A program made the translations under genes and the position numbers. From a virus, in UHGV virus genome UHGV-0252067: 32,053 nucleotides of DNA. One strand, 5' to 3'. Shown here piece by piece: positions 18,625 to 26,397 of the stretch. The first letter of the stretch is position 1. Each line of letters starts with the position of its first letter. The notes under the pieces are model-generated. The model made no database searches, was not told where the DNA came from, and saw nothing but the letters and a program-made list of their open reading frames with translations.

Positions 18625-18922
18625 TTGTTTCCTCCTTCTCCATTTCACAGAGAAATGCCATATTGCAGGCCATGTGCTTGTAGTGGGGTAGGCCAGATTC
18701 GGCGTCCAACCCCTTTGGGTCCTCCAGATAGGCCAAGGTGTGGCGCAGGAGGGCATCCAGATACCGTTCCTTCTCCACCCGCCGCCAATTGTCTGGATCG
18801 CCATACTTCTCACATCCATACATCCGCACCTGGGCGATGTCCCGGATGATCTGGGGCGGCACAAGGGAGAGCCGCAACTTCCCCCCATCCGCCTTGATGG
18901 TTTGGTCATTCGTTGTCAGCAT
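18611..18922 (-). CDS. dATP/dGTP diphosphohydrolase-like protein (DUF5664 type)
   Basis: Signature KADGGKLRLSLVP..YGCEKYG..NW..YLDALLRH..DAESGLPHYKHMACNMAFL. Confidence 0.85.
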   Translation of the reverse strand: MLTTNDQTIKADGGKLRLSLVPPQIIRDIAQVRMYGCEKYGDPDNWRRVEKERYLDALLRHTLAYLEDPKGLDAESGLPHYKHMACNMAFLCEMEKEETNGKL

Positions 18923-19223
18923 TGGCTTTCCCTCTCCCCGCCTGGATCAGCGCTTCCACCGACACCGGCAGCAGGTGGATGTCCCGCTCCAGGATGGCAT
19001 CCGCCTCATCCTCCCAGGTATCGTTGCCCTGGACTTCCGTGGCCAGCTGGTCAAAGGCGGTGAAAAACTCCATAATCCGTTTCTCCCCCCACCCCAGGCG
19101 GCGCAGGGTGAGGAAAGAGAGTTTCAGCCAGCGGACGGTGTACTCCAGCGGCTGCCGCTCCAGCAGCGCCCGCAGGGCCCCAATCTCCCGCCGCAGCAGG
19201 ATGTTTTCTTTGGCTGGGTTCAT
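18906..19223 (-). CDS. Hypothetical phage protein
   Basis: Likely start MNPAKEN after AGGAAAGG; LGWGEKRIMEF motif; coupled to neighbouring genes. Confidence 0.65.
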   Translation of the reverse strand: MNPAKENILLRREIGALRALLERQPLEYTVRWLKLSFLTLRRLGWGEKRIMEFFTAFDQLATEVQGNDTWEDEADAILERDIHLLPVSVEALIQAGRGKANADNE

Positions 19224-19423
19224 CGGCCTTTCCTCCTTTCCCCATAGCTGCAAAAGTCGTGGTCCTGGGGGTCCGGGAGGCCCAAGGTGTGCTCGCAGAC
19301 CCAGCTCTCCACTCCCCGGTTCTGGGGGTAATAATATTTGCACTCCCGGCACTTGACCACCAGCCCCAACAGTTCCGGCCTGTCCGGGATATGTATGGTC
19401 ACTTGTTCCATGGTGATCTTCAT
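19220..19423 (-). CDS. Small Cys-rich hypothetical protein
   Basis: VVKCRECKY..DFCSYGERR pattern; coupled ORF. Confidence 0.75.
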   Translation of the reverse strand: MKITMEQVTIHIPDRPELLGLVVKCRECKYYYPQNRGVESWVCEHTLGLPDPQDHDFCSYGERRKGR

Positions 19424-19845
19424 CGGTCTATTTCCTCCTTTTTTGCCCTCTCCCCGGCCTTTTGGCAGAGCTTTGGGAAGGCGTCCTCCCCGGTCATGGC
19501 GGCGATGCAGTCCAAGCAGAGGGGCAATATCTCCTTTGCGCCCTTCCCCGCCTGGAAGGCCAGGACAATCTCCGACTTCCTCGTCCCCGCCCGCCGGATG
19601 GCCTCTTGGTATTGGGCATAGGCGGCCCGGGAAAGGTTCCGCTGGCGCTGGGCCTCGGCATAGGCTTTGGTGAGATCCCGCTTGCGGCTTTTGGCTGTCT
19701 CCTCCGGCAGAAGGCCCGCCCGGTGGAGCTGGTACACCCCCCGCAATGCCTCATAGCACAGCAGGGCGCAGGGGTCCAGTCCTTTGGGGGCGGGGGCGTT
19801 CTGGTAGGCCAGGGCAGACAGTTCATCCATCGTCACAGCCATCAC
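19420..19845 (-). CDS. Hypothetical phage protein
   Basis: Fills the gap downstream of the primase-helicase; has an RBS and ATGA coupling. Confidence 0.7.
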   Translation of the reverse strand: MMAVTMDELSALAYQNAPAPKGLDPCALLCYEALRGVYQLHRAGLLPEETAKSRKRDLTKAYAEAQRQRNLSRAAYAQYQEAIRRAGTRKSEIVLAFQAGKGAKEILPLCLDCIAAMTGEDAFPKLCQKAGERAKKEEIDR

Positions 19846-19848
19846 CCC

Positions 19849-21642
19849 CTAAAACGGCAGGTCGGGCAGGAGGGGTTCTTCTTCTGGGTTGACCTCCCAG
19901 CCGTAATGGCGCAGGCTGCTCCCCTTGCTGGAGATCCGCTTGGTGGAGGCGCTGTAAAAGAGCTTCACTTCCTCCCCTTTTCGGGTCAAGCGGCCAAACA
20001 GCCGGTTTTTGGTGACCCGCAGGAGGCCGTCGCAGTCCGCCCCCTCCTCCGGCCGGGCGTAGAGCAGCACCGTGTCCACCCGGTTGGTGATGTCCCCCGA
20101 CCCCATGATGGTGTCGTTGTCGTCCACCGGGGCGCCTTTCTGCTGGGCGCTCCCTTTCCTCTGGTGGGCCACCAGCACCACCGCTACATCCTGCCGCACA
20201 GCCAGCAGCTTCAGGCGGTGGACAAACTGGCTTTGCTGGCGGTAGAGGTCGCTTTTGGGGTCGTCGCTCATGGCGGTCATCAGGTTGTCCAGGAACACCG
20301 CCTTGATGCCGTACCGCTTCACCGCCTTCTCCACCGTGTCCAGCAGGCCCTCCAGCTCGTCCCCTTCCACCGCGTTGTTGTCGTAGAGGTACGCCCGGCC
20401 CCGGTACCAGCTGTTGATTTTCTCCACCGTGGAGGCGTCCAGGGAATACCGGGGCTCCCCGTAGGCGTCGAAGGAAGTCCTGACCCAGTCCGGTCCGGCC
20501 ACCTGGAAGTCCAGCCACCGCTTGAAGTGGTAGTCGGTCAGCTCGCCGGAGTAGACGAACACCGGCCAGCCCTGTTCCAGGCTTTCGGCCACCAGCTGGC
20601 TCATGAAGGTGGACTTGCCCTCCCCCCGCTTGCCGGTTAAGAGCGCCACCTGGCCGGGGAAGATCCCCCCGATGAGCTTGTCCACCTCCGGCAGACTGGT
20701 GCGGATGCGGGGCAGGCTGTTCAGGTCCACCGCCTTCACGTCGCAGAGTTCCTTGACTTTGGGCAGCGGCGCTTCCCGGGCGTTTCCCACCGCGGTCAAG
20801 AGGGCCTGGGGCCCGTATTTGCGCAGAATGTCGTTGGCGTCCTTCTCCCCCAGGTAGTCCTCCGGCCGCACCACCTTCACCCGGATGGGGGATTTTTTCT
20901 GCATCTCGGCGGCCAGGGTGATGGTCCCGCCCTCGTTGTCTCCGAAGACCACCACCTCGCTGTAGGCCTCTAGAAAGCCCCAGCAGGGGCCCAGCCAGGT
21001 AAAGCCATTCTTCCCGTTTGGCACGCTGACAGCGTTTTCTAGGCCCGCCTGGGCCAGCGAGAGGCTGTCTATCTGGCCTTCGGTGAGAATCAACCTCCCG
21101 GAGCCGGTGCACCGGTCCATCCCGAACAGGATGGGCTTGCCGTCCTTCTCGCACCACTCCTTGTTCCCCTGGCCTGGCTGATGGCGGGTGTTACGGTACT
21201 TAATGAATTGCATCACCCCGTGCTCGTCGTAGAAGGGGAAGGCCAGGATGGAGGGGTCGTCCCTGCGGCAGGTGACCCGGTACTTCCGGGCGACCTCCTC
21301 CCCGATGCCCCGGGATTTCAAATACTCCACCGCTGGCTCCCGGACCTCCACCGGCTTCTGGGGGAACTTGCGGTACTGCTTGCCCTGCTTCTCCCCAAAG
21401 TCCAAGGGGTAGCCGAAGTCCCGGCACAGCTCCACAAAGTGGCCCTTTTTCCCACAGCCAGAGCGGAAGCAGCTGAACGCCCCCGATTTGAGGTTCACCG
21501 AGAAGGTGTCCTTGTCCCGGCTCTCACCCCCGTGGCAGTAGGGGCACAGCTGGAAGAACAGCTCCTCCCCACGCCGCCGCACCGTGGCTCCCACCTGTTG
21601 GGCCAGGCCATATACGTCCGATTCCCGCAGCTCGTAGCCCAC
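19849..21642 (-). CDS. Bifunctional primase-helicase (T7 gp4/Twinkle-like)
   Basis: N-terminal Zn finger (CPYC..C..C), TOPRIM motifs (TEGQID, GDNE, KDAND), SF4 helicase Walker A GKRGEGKST, FLDNLM, LVAHQRK, KNR; acidic DLPF tail. Confidence 0.92.
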   Translation of the reverse strand: MGYELRESDVYGLAQQVGATVRRRGEELFFQLCPYCHGGESRDKDTFSVNLKSGAFSCFRSGCGKKGHFVELCRDFGYPLDFGEKQGKQYRKFPQKPVEVREPAVEYLKSRGIGEEVARKYRVTCRRDDPSILAFPFYDEHGVMQFIKYRNTRHQPGQGNKEWCEKDGKPILFGMDRCTGSGRLILTEGQIDSLSLAQAGLENAVSVPNGKNGFTWLGPCWGFLEAYSEVVVFGDNEGGTITLAAEMQKKSPIRVKVVRPEDYLGEKDANDILRKYGPQALLTAVGNAREAPLPKVKELCDVKAVDLNSLPRIRTSLPEVDKLIGGIFPGQVALLTGKRGEGKSTFMSQLVAESLEQGWPVFVYSGELTDYHFKRWLDFQVAGPDWVRTSFDAYGEPRYSLDASTVEKINSWYRGRAYLYDNNAVEGDELEGLLDTVEKAVKRYGIKAVFLDNLMTAMSDDPKSDLYRQQSQFVHRLKLLAVRQDVAVVLVAHQRKGSAQQKGAPVDDNDTIMGSGDITNRVDTVLLYARPEEGADCDGLLRVTKNRLFGRLTRKGEEVKLFYSASTKRISSKGSSLRHYGWEVNPEEEPLLPDLPF

Positions 21643-21646
21643 GGCC

Positions 21647-22180
21647 TCACCTCCTCAGATACGCGATGTATTCTTCCTCGCTCACGAACCCCTCCGGCAG
21701 GCCCGAAGGGCTCGCGGCGCAGCCGCTGTTTTCTTCTTTCTTTTCTTCTATATTCTTATTATTCTTTAACTGTTGTTGGACGCCTGTTGGAAGGTTGTTA
21801 GATGGCTGTTGATCGCCTGTTGTGGGACTGTTGGGCGGCCTGTTGTCCGATTGATACCTGTCGTAATTAACCACTGTAATAATGCGGACTTTTGTGTCGT
21901 GCCAGTCTGTTAGTTCCCCTGTTGATTTTAGCCGGTTGAGGGCTGTGCGGATGTTCTGGACAGACAGCCCTAACTCTACCGATAAAGTAGACAATGAGGT
22001 GATGAATTGGCCCCGCTGGTACGCATATCCATGCCATTTCCCCGGCCTCCATTTGGCCTTGAGCAGGCAGTGGATAAACAGCGCCCGGGTATTGGGGTCG
22101 GAGTACCATTCCCACTTCAAAATTTTCCGGTTCAGTTTTATATATTCCCGTTGGCTGTACTCAAAATCGGTTTGAACCAT
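21647..22180 (-). CDS. Phage replication initiator-like protein (winged-helix N-terminus)
   Basis: YIKLNRKILKWEWY..LFIHCLLKA..RGQFITS..L..ELGLS..IRTAL..L..IITVVNYDRYQ pattern; contains internal iterons; likely start at 22180. Confidence 0.78.
   Translation of the reverse strand: MVQTDFEYSQREYIKLNRKILKWEWYSDPNTRALFIHCLLKAKWRPGKWHGYAYQRGQFITSLSTLSVELGLSVQNIRTALNRLKSTGELTDWHDTKVRIITVVNYDRYQSDNRPPNSPTTGDQQPSNNLPTGVQQQLKNNKNIEEKKEENSGCAASPSGLPEGFVSEEEYIAYLRR
21729..21845. repeat. Putative replication origin: phased iterons plus AT-rich tract
   Basis: YTGTTR at 21773, 21784, 21795, 21806, 21817, 21828 and 21840 (11-12 bp period), next to the AT-rich stretch 21729-21770. Confidence 0.75.
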
Positions 22181-22704
22181 CAAGTCTCCCCCTCCAATCT
22201 CACTTTCAGCGCATACCGCAGGATTTTGTGAAGCAGCACCCCGGTGGTCTCCCGCCGGCAGAAGATCACCCGCAGGTCGTACCGCTCCTGCCAGGCCAAG
22301 AGGCTGGCCAAGAGGGCCGCCGGCTTCATCCGGCTGCGGTAGCGGCCGGTCAGGACATCCTCCCAGCTGGCGTTCTCCACCAACAGGTAGAGCCGGGCCC
22401 CCGCCTCTTTGGCCCGCCGGAACTCCCGCTCGAACCGGCCCCGGTCCTTGCCAAAGCAGAGGCACAGCTCGTCCAGGGACATCTTCCGCTCAATGGCCAC
22501 CACACCGGCCAGGGACTGCTCCTCCCCGTCCTGGTCCACATAGGCGCAGGAGTAGTCCCCAAAGTCCAGCTTCTCCCGCCGGTGGGGCAGGCCGCAGGAG
22601 CGAAGCCGCTCCCGCAGGGCAGGGGTGTCCTGTTCCCTTGTGTCCACCAGCAGGGTGAGGCTGGAGAGGGCCTTTTCCAAGGCAAATGGGCTGTACTTCC
22701 CCAT
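22180..22704 (-). CDS. ERCC4-domain nuclease (putative resolvase)
   Basis: Motifs VDTREQ, KLDFGDY, IERKMSLDEL, RFERE, LLVE. Confidence 0.9.
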   Translation of the reverse strand: MGKYSPFALEKALSSLTLLVDTREQDTPALRERLRSCGLPHRREKLDFGDYSCAYVDQDGEEQSLAGVVAIERKMSLDELCLCFGKDRGRFEREFRRAKEAGARLYLLVENASWEDVLTGRYRSRMKPAALLASLLAWQERYDLRVIFCRRETTGVLLHKILRYALKVRLEGET

Positions 22705-22707
22705 GGC

Positions 22708-23277
22708 TTAAAACGGCAGGTCGCCGTCGTCCGGGATGGGCAGGTAGTCGTTTGCCGGGGCCGCAGGGGCTGCCTTCTGGGCCAGGGGCTTGGGCTTGGG
22801 CGTCTGGAAGCTGCCCGCCCGGATGGAGGCCGCGTCGGTGAAGGCGCAGCACTCGGTAAACCAGCCGGTGTTGCCGTTTATCTCCCACTCTTTTTCCCGG
22901 TACAGCACCCCCACCAGCTTGCCCTTCAGGCCGGCCTCGTTCCAGTCCCAGTGGTACCCTTGGTTGGAATTTTCAATTGCCCACATGGCCCCGCCAAAGG
23001 TCCGCTTGCTGCGGCCGTCGTTCTCGCTGCCGTCGTCCTTGGGCACGGTGAGCCGGTAGGTGCCACGCCACTTTTTGTCCTCCTGCTGCTGGCTGCGGTA
23101 GTCCGCCGCGAAGAACCCCTTTTTCTCCCCCTCCGCGATATCGAAAGAGACCACCAGCACCCTGCCCCAGCTGTATTCCACCTCTTTGGCGTCCTTGATC
23201 TCCGCCACGTACCCACCTGCGGGAAGGTGCTCCCGGGGGGCGGCTTTCTCCGCTTTGTATCCGTTAAATGGTTTCAT
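22708..23277 (-). CDS. Single-stranded DNA-binding protein (DUF669-like)
   Basis: LPAGGYVAEI motif, acidic DDGDLPF C-terminus, follows the Sak4-like ATPase. Confidence 0.7.
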   Translation of the reverse strand: MKPFNGYKAEKAAPREHLPAGGYVAEIKDAKEVEYSWGRVLVVSFDIAEGEKKGFFAADYRSQQQEDKKWRGTYRLTVPKDDGSENDGRSKRTFGGAMWAIENSNQGYHWDWNEAGLKGKLVGVLYREKEWEINGNTGWFTECCAFTDAASIRAGSFQTPKPKPLAQKAAPAAPANDYLPIPDDGDLPF

Positions 23278-23294
23278 TGTCTCATTCTCCTCTG

Positions 23295-23939
23295 TTAAAA
23301 TTCGTCCAAGGCTTTGAGTACCTTGGCCATGTCGTTGTCGATCTCAAAGGTTTCAAAGGCCCCCATGGGGGATTTTGCCGTGCTGTTCTTGGCCTGGGTT
23401 TCGAACACATACCGGCCGTCCTCGGTGCGCTTGGCCAGCAGCACTGTGCCGAACAGGCTTTCCAGCACCACCTTTTCCAACTTGCGCCCATTGGTCTTGA
23501 TCCGGGTGAAGCTGTATCCGAAGTCATCCCGGATGGTCTCGCTGTGCATTACGATGAGCACCGTCAGATCCTCCCGCAGCTTCCCGGCCAGGCTACACAC
23601 CTCCCACACAAACTGGGTCAAATCCACCCATTTCCCATAGCCGCCGTTCTTCATCTCCTTGATCTCGTGATCCAGCATGCAGGTGTTCAGGGTATCGATG
23701 ACCACCGTTTTCACCTGGGGTGCTTTGTCGCTGATCCCAGATAAAATCCCTTGGATTTGCTGGATATCCCGCACCTTTTTGTAGTTTTTGTGTTCGGCGT
23801 TGTAGGCGGTTTTCCAGCCTTTCCAGGCCAGGCCCTTGCCATCGCAGTCGATGTAATAGGTCGTTTGGGGGTCCAGTGTCCGCATGGCTGTGGTTTTGCC
23901 GGAACCGCTTTCCCCCATGATGCAAATCACCTTACTCAC
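23295..23939 (-). CDS. Sak4-like / AAA_24 P-loop ATPase (recombination)
   Basis: Walker A GESGSGKTT, YIDCD, Walker B VVIDT, TAKSPMG; likely GTG start at 23939. Confidence 0.82.
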   Translation of the reverse strand: MSKVICIMGESGSGKTTAMRTLDPQTTYYIDCDGKGLAWKGWKTAYNAEHKNYKKVRDIQQIQGILSGISDKAPQVKTVVIDTLNTCMLDHEIKEMKNGGYGKWVDLTQFVWEVCSLAGKLREDLTVLIVMHSETIRDDFGYSFTRIKTNGRKLEKVVLESLFGTVLLAKRTEDGRYVFETQAKNSTAKSPMGAFETFEIDNDMAKVLKALDEF

Positions 23940-24159
23940 TCTCTTCACCCCCTGGGAACTCCACTGGGCACTCATTGCCCCGCCCCTGAAACGGGTACAC
24001 CAGGTATTCATCGGTGAGCAGGCACTTCCACCGCTTCAGGCTGTCCTCGTTCCGGCAGAACCGGCACCACTGGCACACCACACGGTTTTCCGGGAAATGG
24101 ATTTCCAGGGTCACCCTCCCCGTGGTGTAGTACAGCACCGAACGCTCAACCCCGGCCAT
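23932..24159 (-). CDS. Small Cys-rich hypothetical protein
   Basis: CQWCRFC..C..CP pattern; coupled ORF. Confidence 0.7.
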   Translation of the reverse strand: MAGVERSVLYYTTGRVTLEIHFPENRVVCQWCRFCRNEDSLKRWKCLLTDEYLVYPFQGRGNECPVEFPGGEESE

Positions 24160-24367
24160 ACAGCTGATCCTCCGTGTAATACCCCTGGTCGTTGAGCCAC
24201 TCCCGGATGGAGAGCCGCTCCTCGTCTAAGGCTGCTCTTTCCTCCATGATCTCCTCATACCGGGCGAAGGCCAAGCCTATGCGGGGATTTTTGGGTTCCG
24301 GCGGCTCTAAATACCGATCCGAATTCAGCACCCCGTGGGGATCGTGGTTAAAATGGTCACAGAACAC
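24146..24367 (-). CDS. Hypothetical protein
   Basis: GTG start after GAGAGGG; YLEPPEP motif; coupled to the next gene. Confidence 0.6.
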   Translation of the reverse strand: MFCDHFNHDPHGVLNSDRYLEPPEPKNPRIGLAFARYEEIMEERAALDEERLSIREWLNDQGYYTEDQLYGRG

Positions 24368-24457
24368 TTGCTTTTTCCCTCTCTTTCTGGTATCCTAAAG
24401 ATGGTTTATTATCCTTTGCGCCTCTCCCGGTCTTGTCCACCGGTGGGGCGCTTTTTT
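24368..24457 (+). ncRNA. Antisense small-RNA unit in the early operon (promoter plus terminator)
   Basis: TTGCTT-17-TATCCT with TG extension (24368-24396), followed by hairpin GCGCCTCTCCCGG..CCGGTGGGGCGC and T6. Confidence 0.6.
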
Positions 24458-24762
24458 ATGCCCATCTTGGTCATCCGGGTGGATATGGCCCCCACGGTGC
24501 GCCCGGGGAAATGGCTGGCCAGTTCTTCCCTTGTGAGCCCTTCCTGGGCTAATTGGAGGAGCAACCTGTCCTCTTCCGGGCTCCAGGGCTTCCCTGGGGT
24601 GCGGGGGATTTTGGGCTTGGGGGTATACATCCCATGCCGTTCCAAGATGGCCTCTATTTTCTTCCGGCCGCAGCCGTAGGTCTGCCCCAGGATGGGGATG
24701 ATTTTCTTTTTGCTTTTGGCCAGCCGGTAATCCCGGACAACTTCCAATTCCGGCACATTCAT
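24409..24762 (-). CDS. DNA-binding protein with HTH-like and Myb/SANT-like segments
   Basis: PWSPEEDRLLLQLAQEGLTREELASHFPGRTVGAISTR resembles a Myb repeat. Confidence 0.65.
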   Translation of the reverse strand: MNVPELEVVRDYRLAKSKKKIIPILGQTYGCGRKKIEAILERHGMYTPKPKIPRTPGKPWSPEEDRLLLQLAQEGLTREELASHFPGRTVGAISTRMTKMGIKKRPTGGQDRERRKG

Positions 24763-24881
24763 GGCCGCCTCCGCCCCCGTTCCTCCAGCCACTCTAGAAT
24801 GGCGATGGGCACCAGGCAGAGCATGGTCGCCCCCCAGGGCAACGCCATAACGGCTACAAAATCGGCTAGGTTATTGGCCAT
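24759..24881 (-). CDS. Small membrane protein (40 aa, not in the ORF track)
   Basis: MANNLADFVAVMALPWGATMLCLVPIAILEWLEERGRRRP*; GGAGGT RBS; ATGA overlap with the next gene. Confidence 0.65.
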   Translation of the reverse strand: MANNLADFVAVMALPWGATMLCLVPIAILEWLEERGRRRP

Positions 24882-25725
24882 CTATGACCTCCCCTTTCCC
24901 TCGAGAATTTTCCAGGAGGGTTTGCAGGGCTTCCTCCTTGCCTTGCCGTTTGGCCCGTAGTTTCTCCAGCTGCCGTACCTTCTCTTTTATCTGCAAGTCC
25001 AATTTTTCAATCTGGTACCGCAGCGCCTCCGCTTGCTCCTGTTTTGCTGGGCTGAGGGGCTTGGGCGGACGGCTGGGCGGGTTCTGTTTACGGATCGCAC
25101 CACGGATGGCAATATCCACTGCCTGGCGGGATACCCCGTACTGCTCTGCAATCTCTGCGAAGGTCTTTCCTTGCAGACGCAGGGATACATAGGCCGCTTG
25201 GGTCTCGGTTAGCTGAGATAGATCCAGCCCGCCCAATTGGTTCAGCAAACTCGCTTTCTTTTCCGCGGCCCTTTGCTGCCGCTTCCACTGGGGTTTGCAC
25301 TGAGGGCAGATTCCATCCCAGGCGCGGGTAAACGCCCCGCATATCTTGCATGGCTGGGCCGTTGCCATCGGGGTTCCCCGTTCCAGCGCCCGCTGGATGT
25401 TTTCGGTACGGGTTGTCCAGCACAAGTTCTCCACCCGGTTGTCCCACAGATCCCCATTTTTATGGCCTACTTCCCGCTTATTTTCCGGGTTAGGGAGGAA
25501 GGCCGACGCCACAAGCCGGTGGACATAGGCGTGCTTCTGCACCCCTTGATCCCGGTAGGTCACCACCGCATACTGCCGGTTGGAGCCACCGCTGCTGATC
25601 TGCACTGGCACCCGTTCCCCTTTCCGCAGCCGGTATACCTCCCCTGCGGTATTCACCACAAACCGGCCCCCCAGCACAATTTTTTCCTCCAAAACCTCCT
25701 GAGGGGACCTTTGGTTATTGGCCAC
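24871..25725 (-). CDS. HNH endonuclease fused to Zn ribbon, sigma70-region-4-like HTH and coiled coil
   Basis: VHRLVASAFLPNP..VGHKNG..DNRVENLCW..EN; CKICG..CPQC; LTETQ..LRLQGKTFAEIAEQYGVSRQAV. Confidence 0.82.
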   Translation of the reverse strand: MANNQRSPQEVLEEKIVLGGRFVVNTAGEVYRLRKGERVPVQISSGGSNRQYAVVTYRDQGVQKHAYVHRLVASAFLPNPENKREVGHKNGDLWDNRVENLCWTTRTENIQRALERGTPMATAQPCKICGAFTRAWDGICPQCKPQWKRQQRAAEKKASLLNQLGGLDLSQLTETQAAYVSLRLQGKTFAEIAEQYGVSRQAVDIAIRGAIRKQNPPSRPPKPLSPAKQEQAEALRYQIEKLDLQIKEKVRQLEKLRAKRQGKEEALQTLLENSRGKGEVIDGQ

Positions 25726-25957
25726 CGCTTCTGCCCCCTTTCGGGATGGATGGTGGAAAGTATTCCAGCGCTTCCCCGACAGGGATGCTCAAAAGTTTAC
25801 ACAATACATACACATCATCCACGGTGAACGCCCTTCTTCCAAGCATCCGATCCGTCACGTAGGGCTCTGTGCGGCCGATCTTCTTGGCGAGGTATTTTTG
25901 GTTGATCCCACATTCGGCCATTCTGGCTCTCAGTTTCCCCATATAGACTGTCTGCAT
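25715..25957 (-). CDS. XRE-type HTH protein
   Basis: KLRARMAECGINQKYLAKKIGRTEPYVTDRMLG..FT..LCKLLSIP pattern. Confidence 0.8.
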   Translation of the reverse strand: MQTVYMGKLRARMAECGINQKYLAKKIGRTEPYVTDRMLGRRAFTVDDVYVLCKLLSIPVGEALEYFPPSIPKGGRSGGQ

Positions 25958-25972
25958 GATCTTTCCTCCCCT

Positions 25973-26170
25973 CTACTTCTCTTTTTTCTGGGCCACCAGC
26001 TCATCCAAGGCGGCATGGAACCGCTCCTTCGCCCCCTTGGGCTCCCGGTGGCCGTTGAGCACGGCGCTCACATACTTGGGGTTGTACCCTAGGCAGTCAG
26101 CCAGCTGTTTGCAGGTGATGCCATTTACATGCATTTCGCCCAGCAATTTACCAGTCCATTGTGCAGGCAT
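25973..26170 (-). CDS. Cro-like HTH protein
   Basis: First gene divergent from the repressor; AAGGAG RBS; ITCKQLADCLGYNPKYVSAVLNG HTH. Confidence 0.82.
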   Translation of the reverse strand: MPAQWTGKLLGEMHVNGITCKQLADCLGYNPKYVSAVLNGHREPKGAKERFHAALDELVAQKKEK

Positions 26171-26200
26171 ACAAAAATCGTCTCTCCTTTCTTTTTTATG

Positions 26201-26229
26201 TTGAATTAAGTAAGCGTTCATGTTATTAT
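26201..26229 (+). promoter_or_regulatory. Putative lysogenic promoter (towards the repressor)
   Basis: TTGAAT-17-TATTAT with TG extension; AGTAAGC box in the spacer. Confidence 0.6.
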
Positions 26230-26309
26230 TAATTTGTCGAATTAAGAATACACACTAAACGCTTACTTGGGTTACCGATTAGCTTACTTTTATCGGCTTC
26301 CGTGATTTT

Positions 26310-26338
26310 ATTATAGACGATATTGGTAAGCCAGTCAA
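26310..26338 (-). promoter_or_regulatory. Putative lytic promoter (towards cro)
   Basis: TTGACT-17-TATAAT; GGTAAGC box in the spacer. Confidence 0.8.
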
Positions 26339-26397
26339 TGGGATAAGCAGAAAAAAGTAAGCTTCTGTGTAATGCACAAAAATAGGGAGCTAATTTT

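Noticed and set aside
18611..18922. Z-base (2-aminoadenine) genome pathway
   Set aside because: No PurZ or dedicated polymerase anywhere in the genome.
21773..21845. CRISPR-like mini-array
   Set aside because: Repeats are 6 bp with 5-6 bp spacers inside a CDS; these fit iterons, and no cas genes are present.
19462..23298. Long alternative ORFs (19462..20640 +, 19823..21157 -, 22228..23298 +)
   Set aside because: They overlap well-supported replication genes in very GC-rich DNA where stop codons are rare; low-complexity Gly/Pro/Arg or antisense translations.
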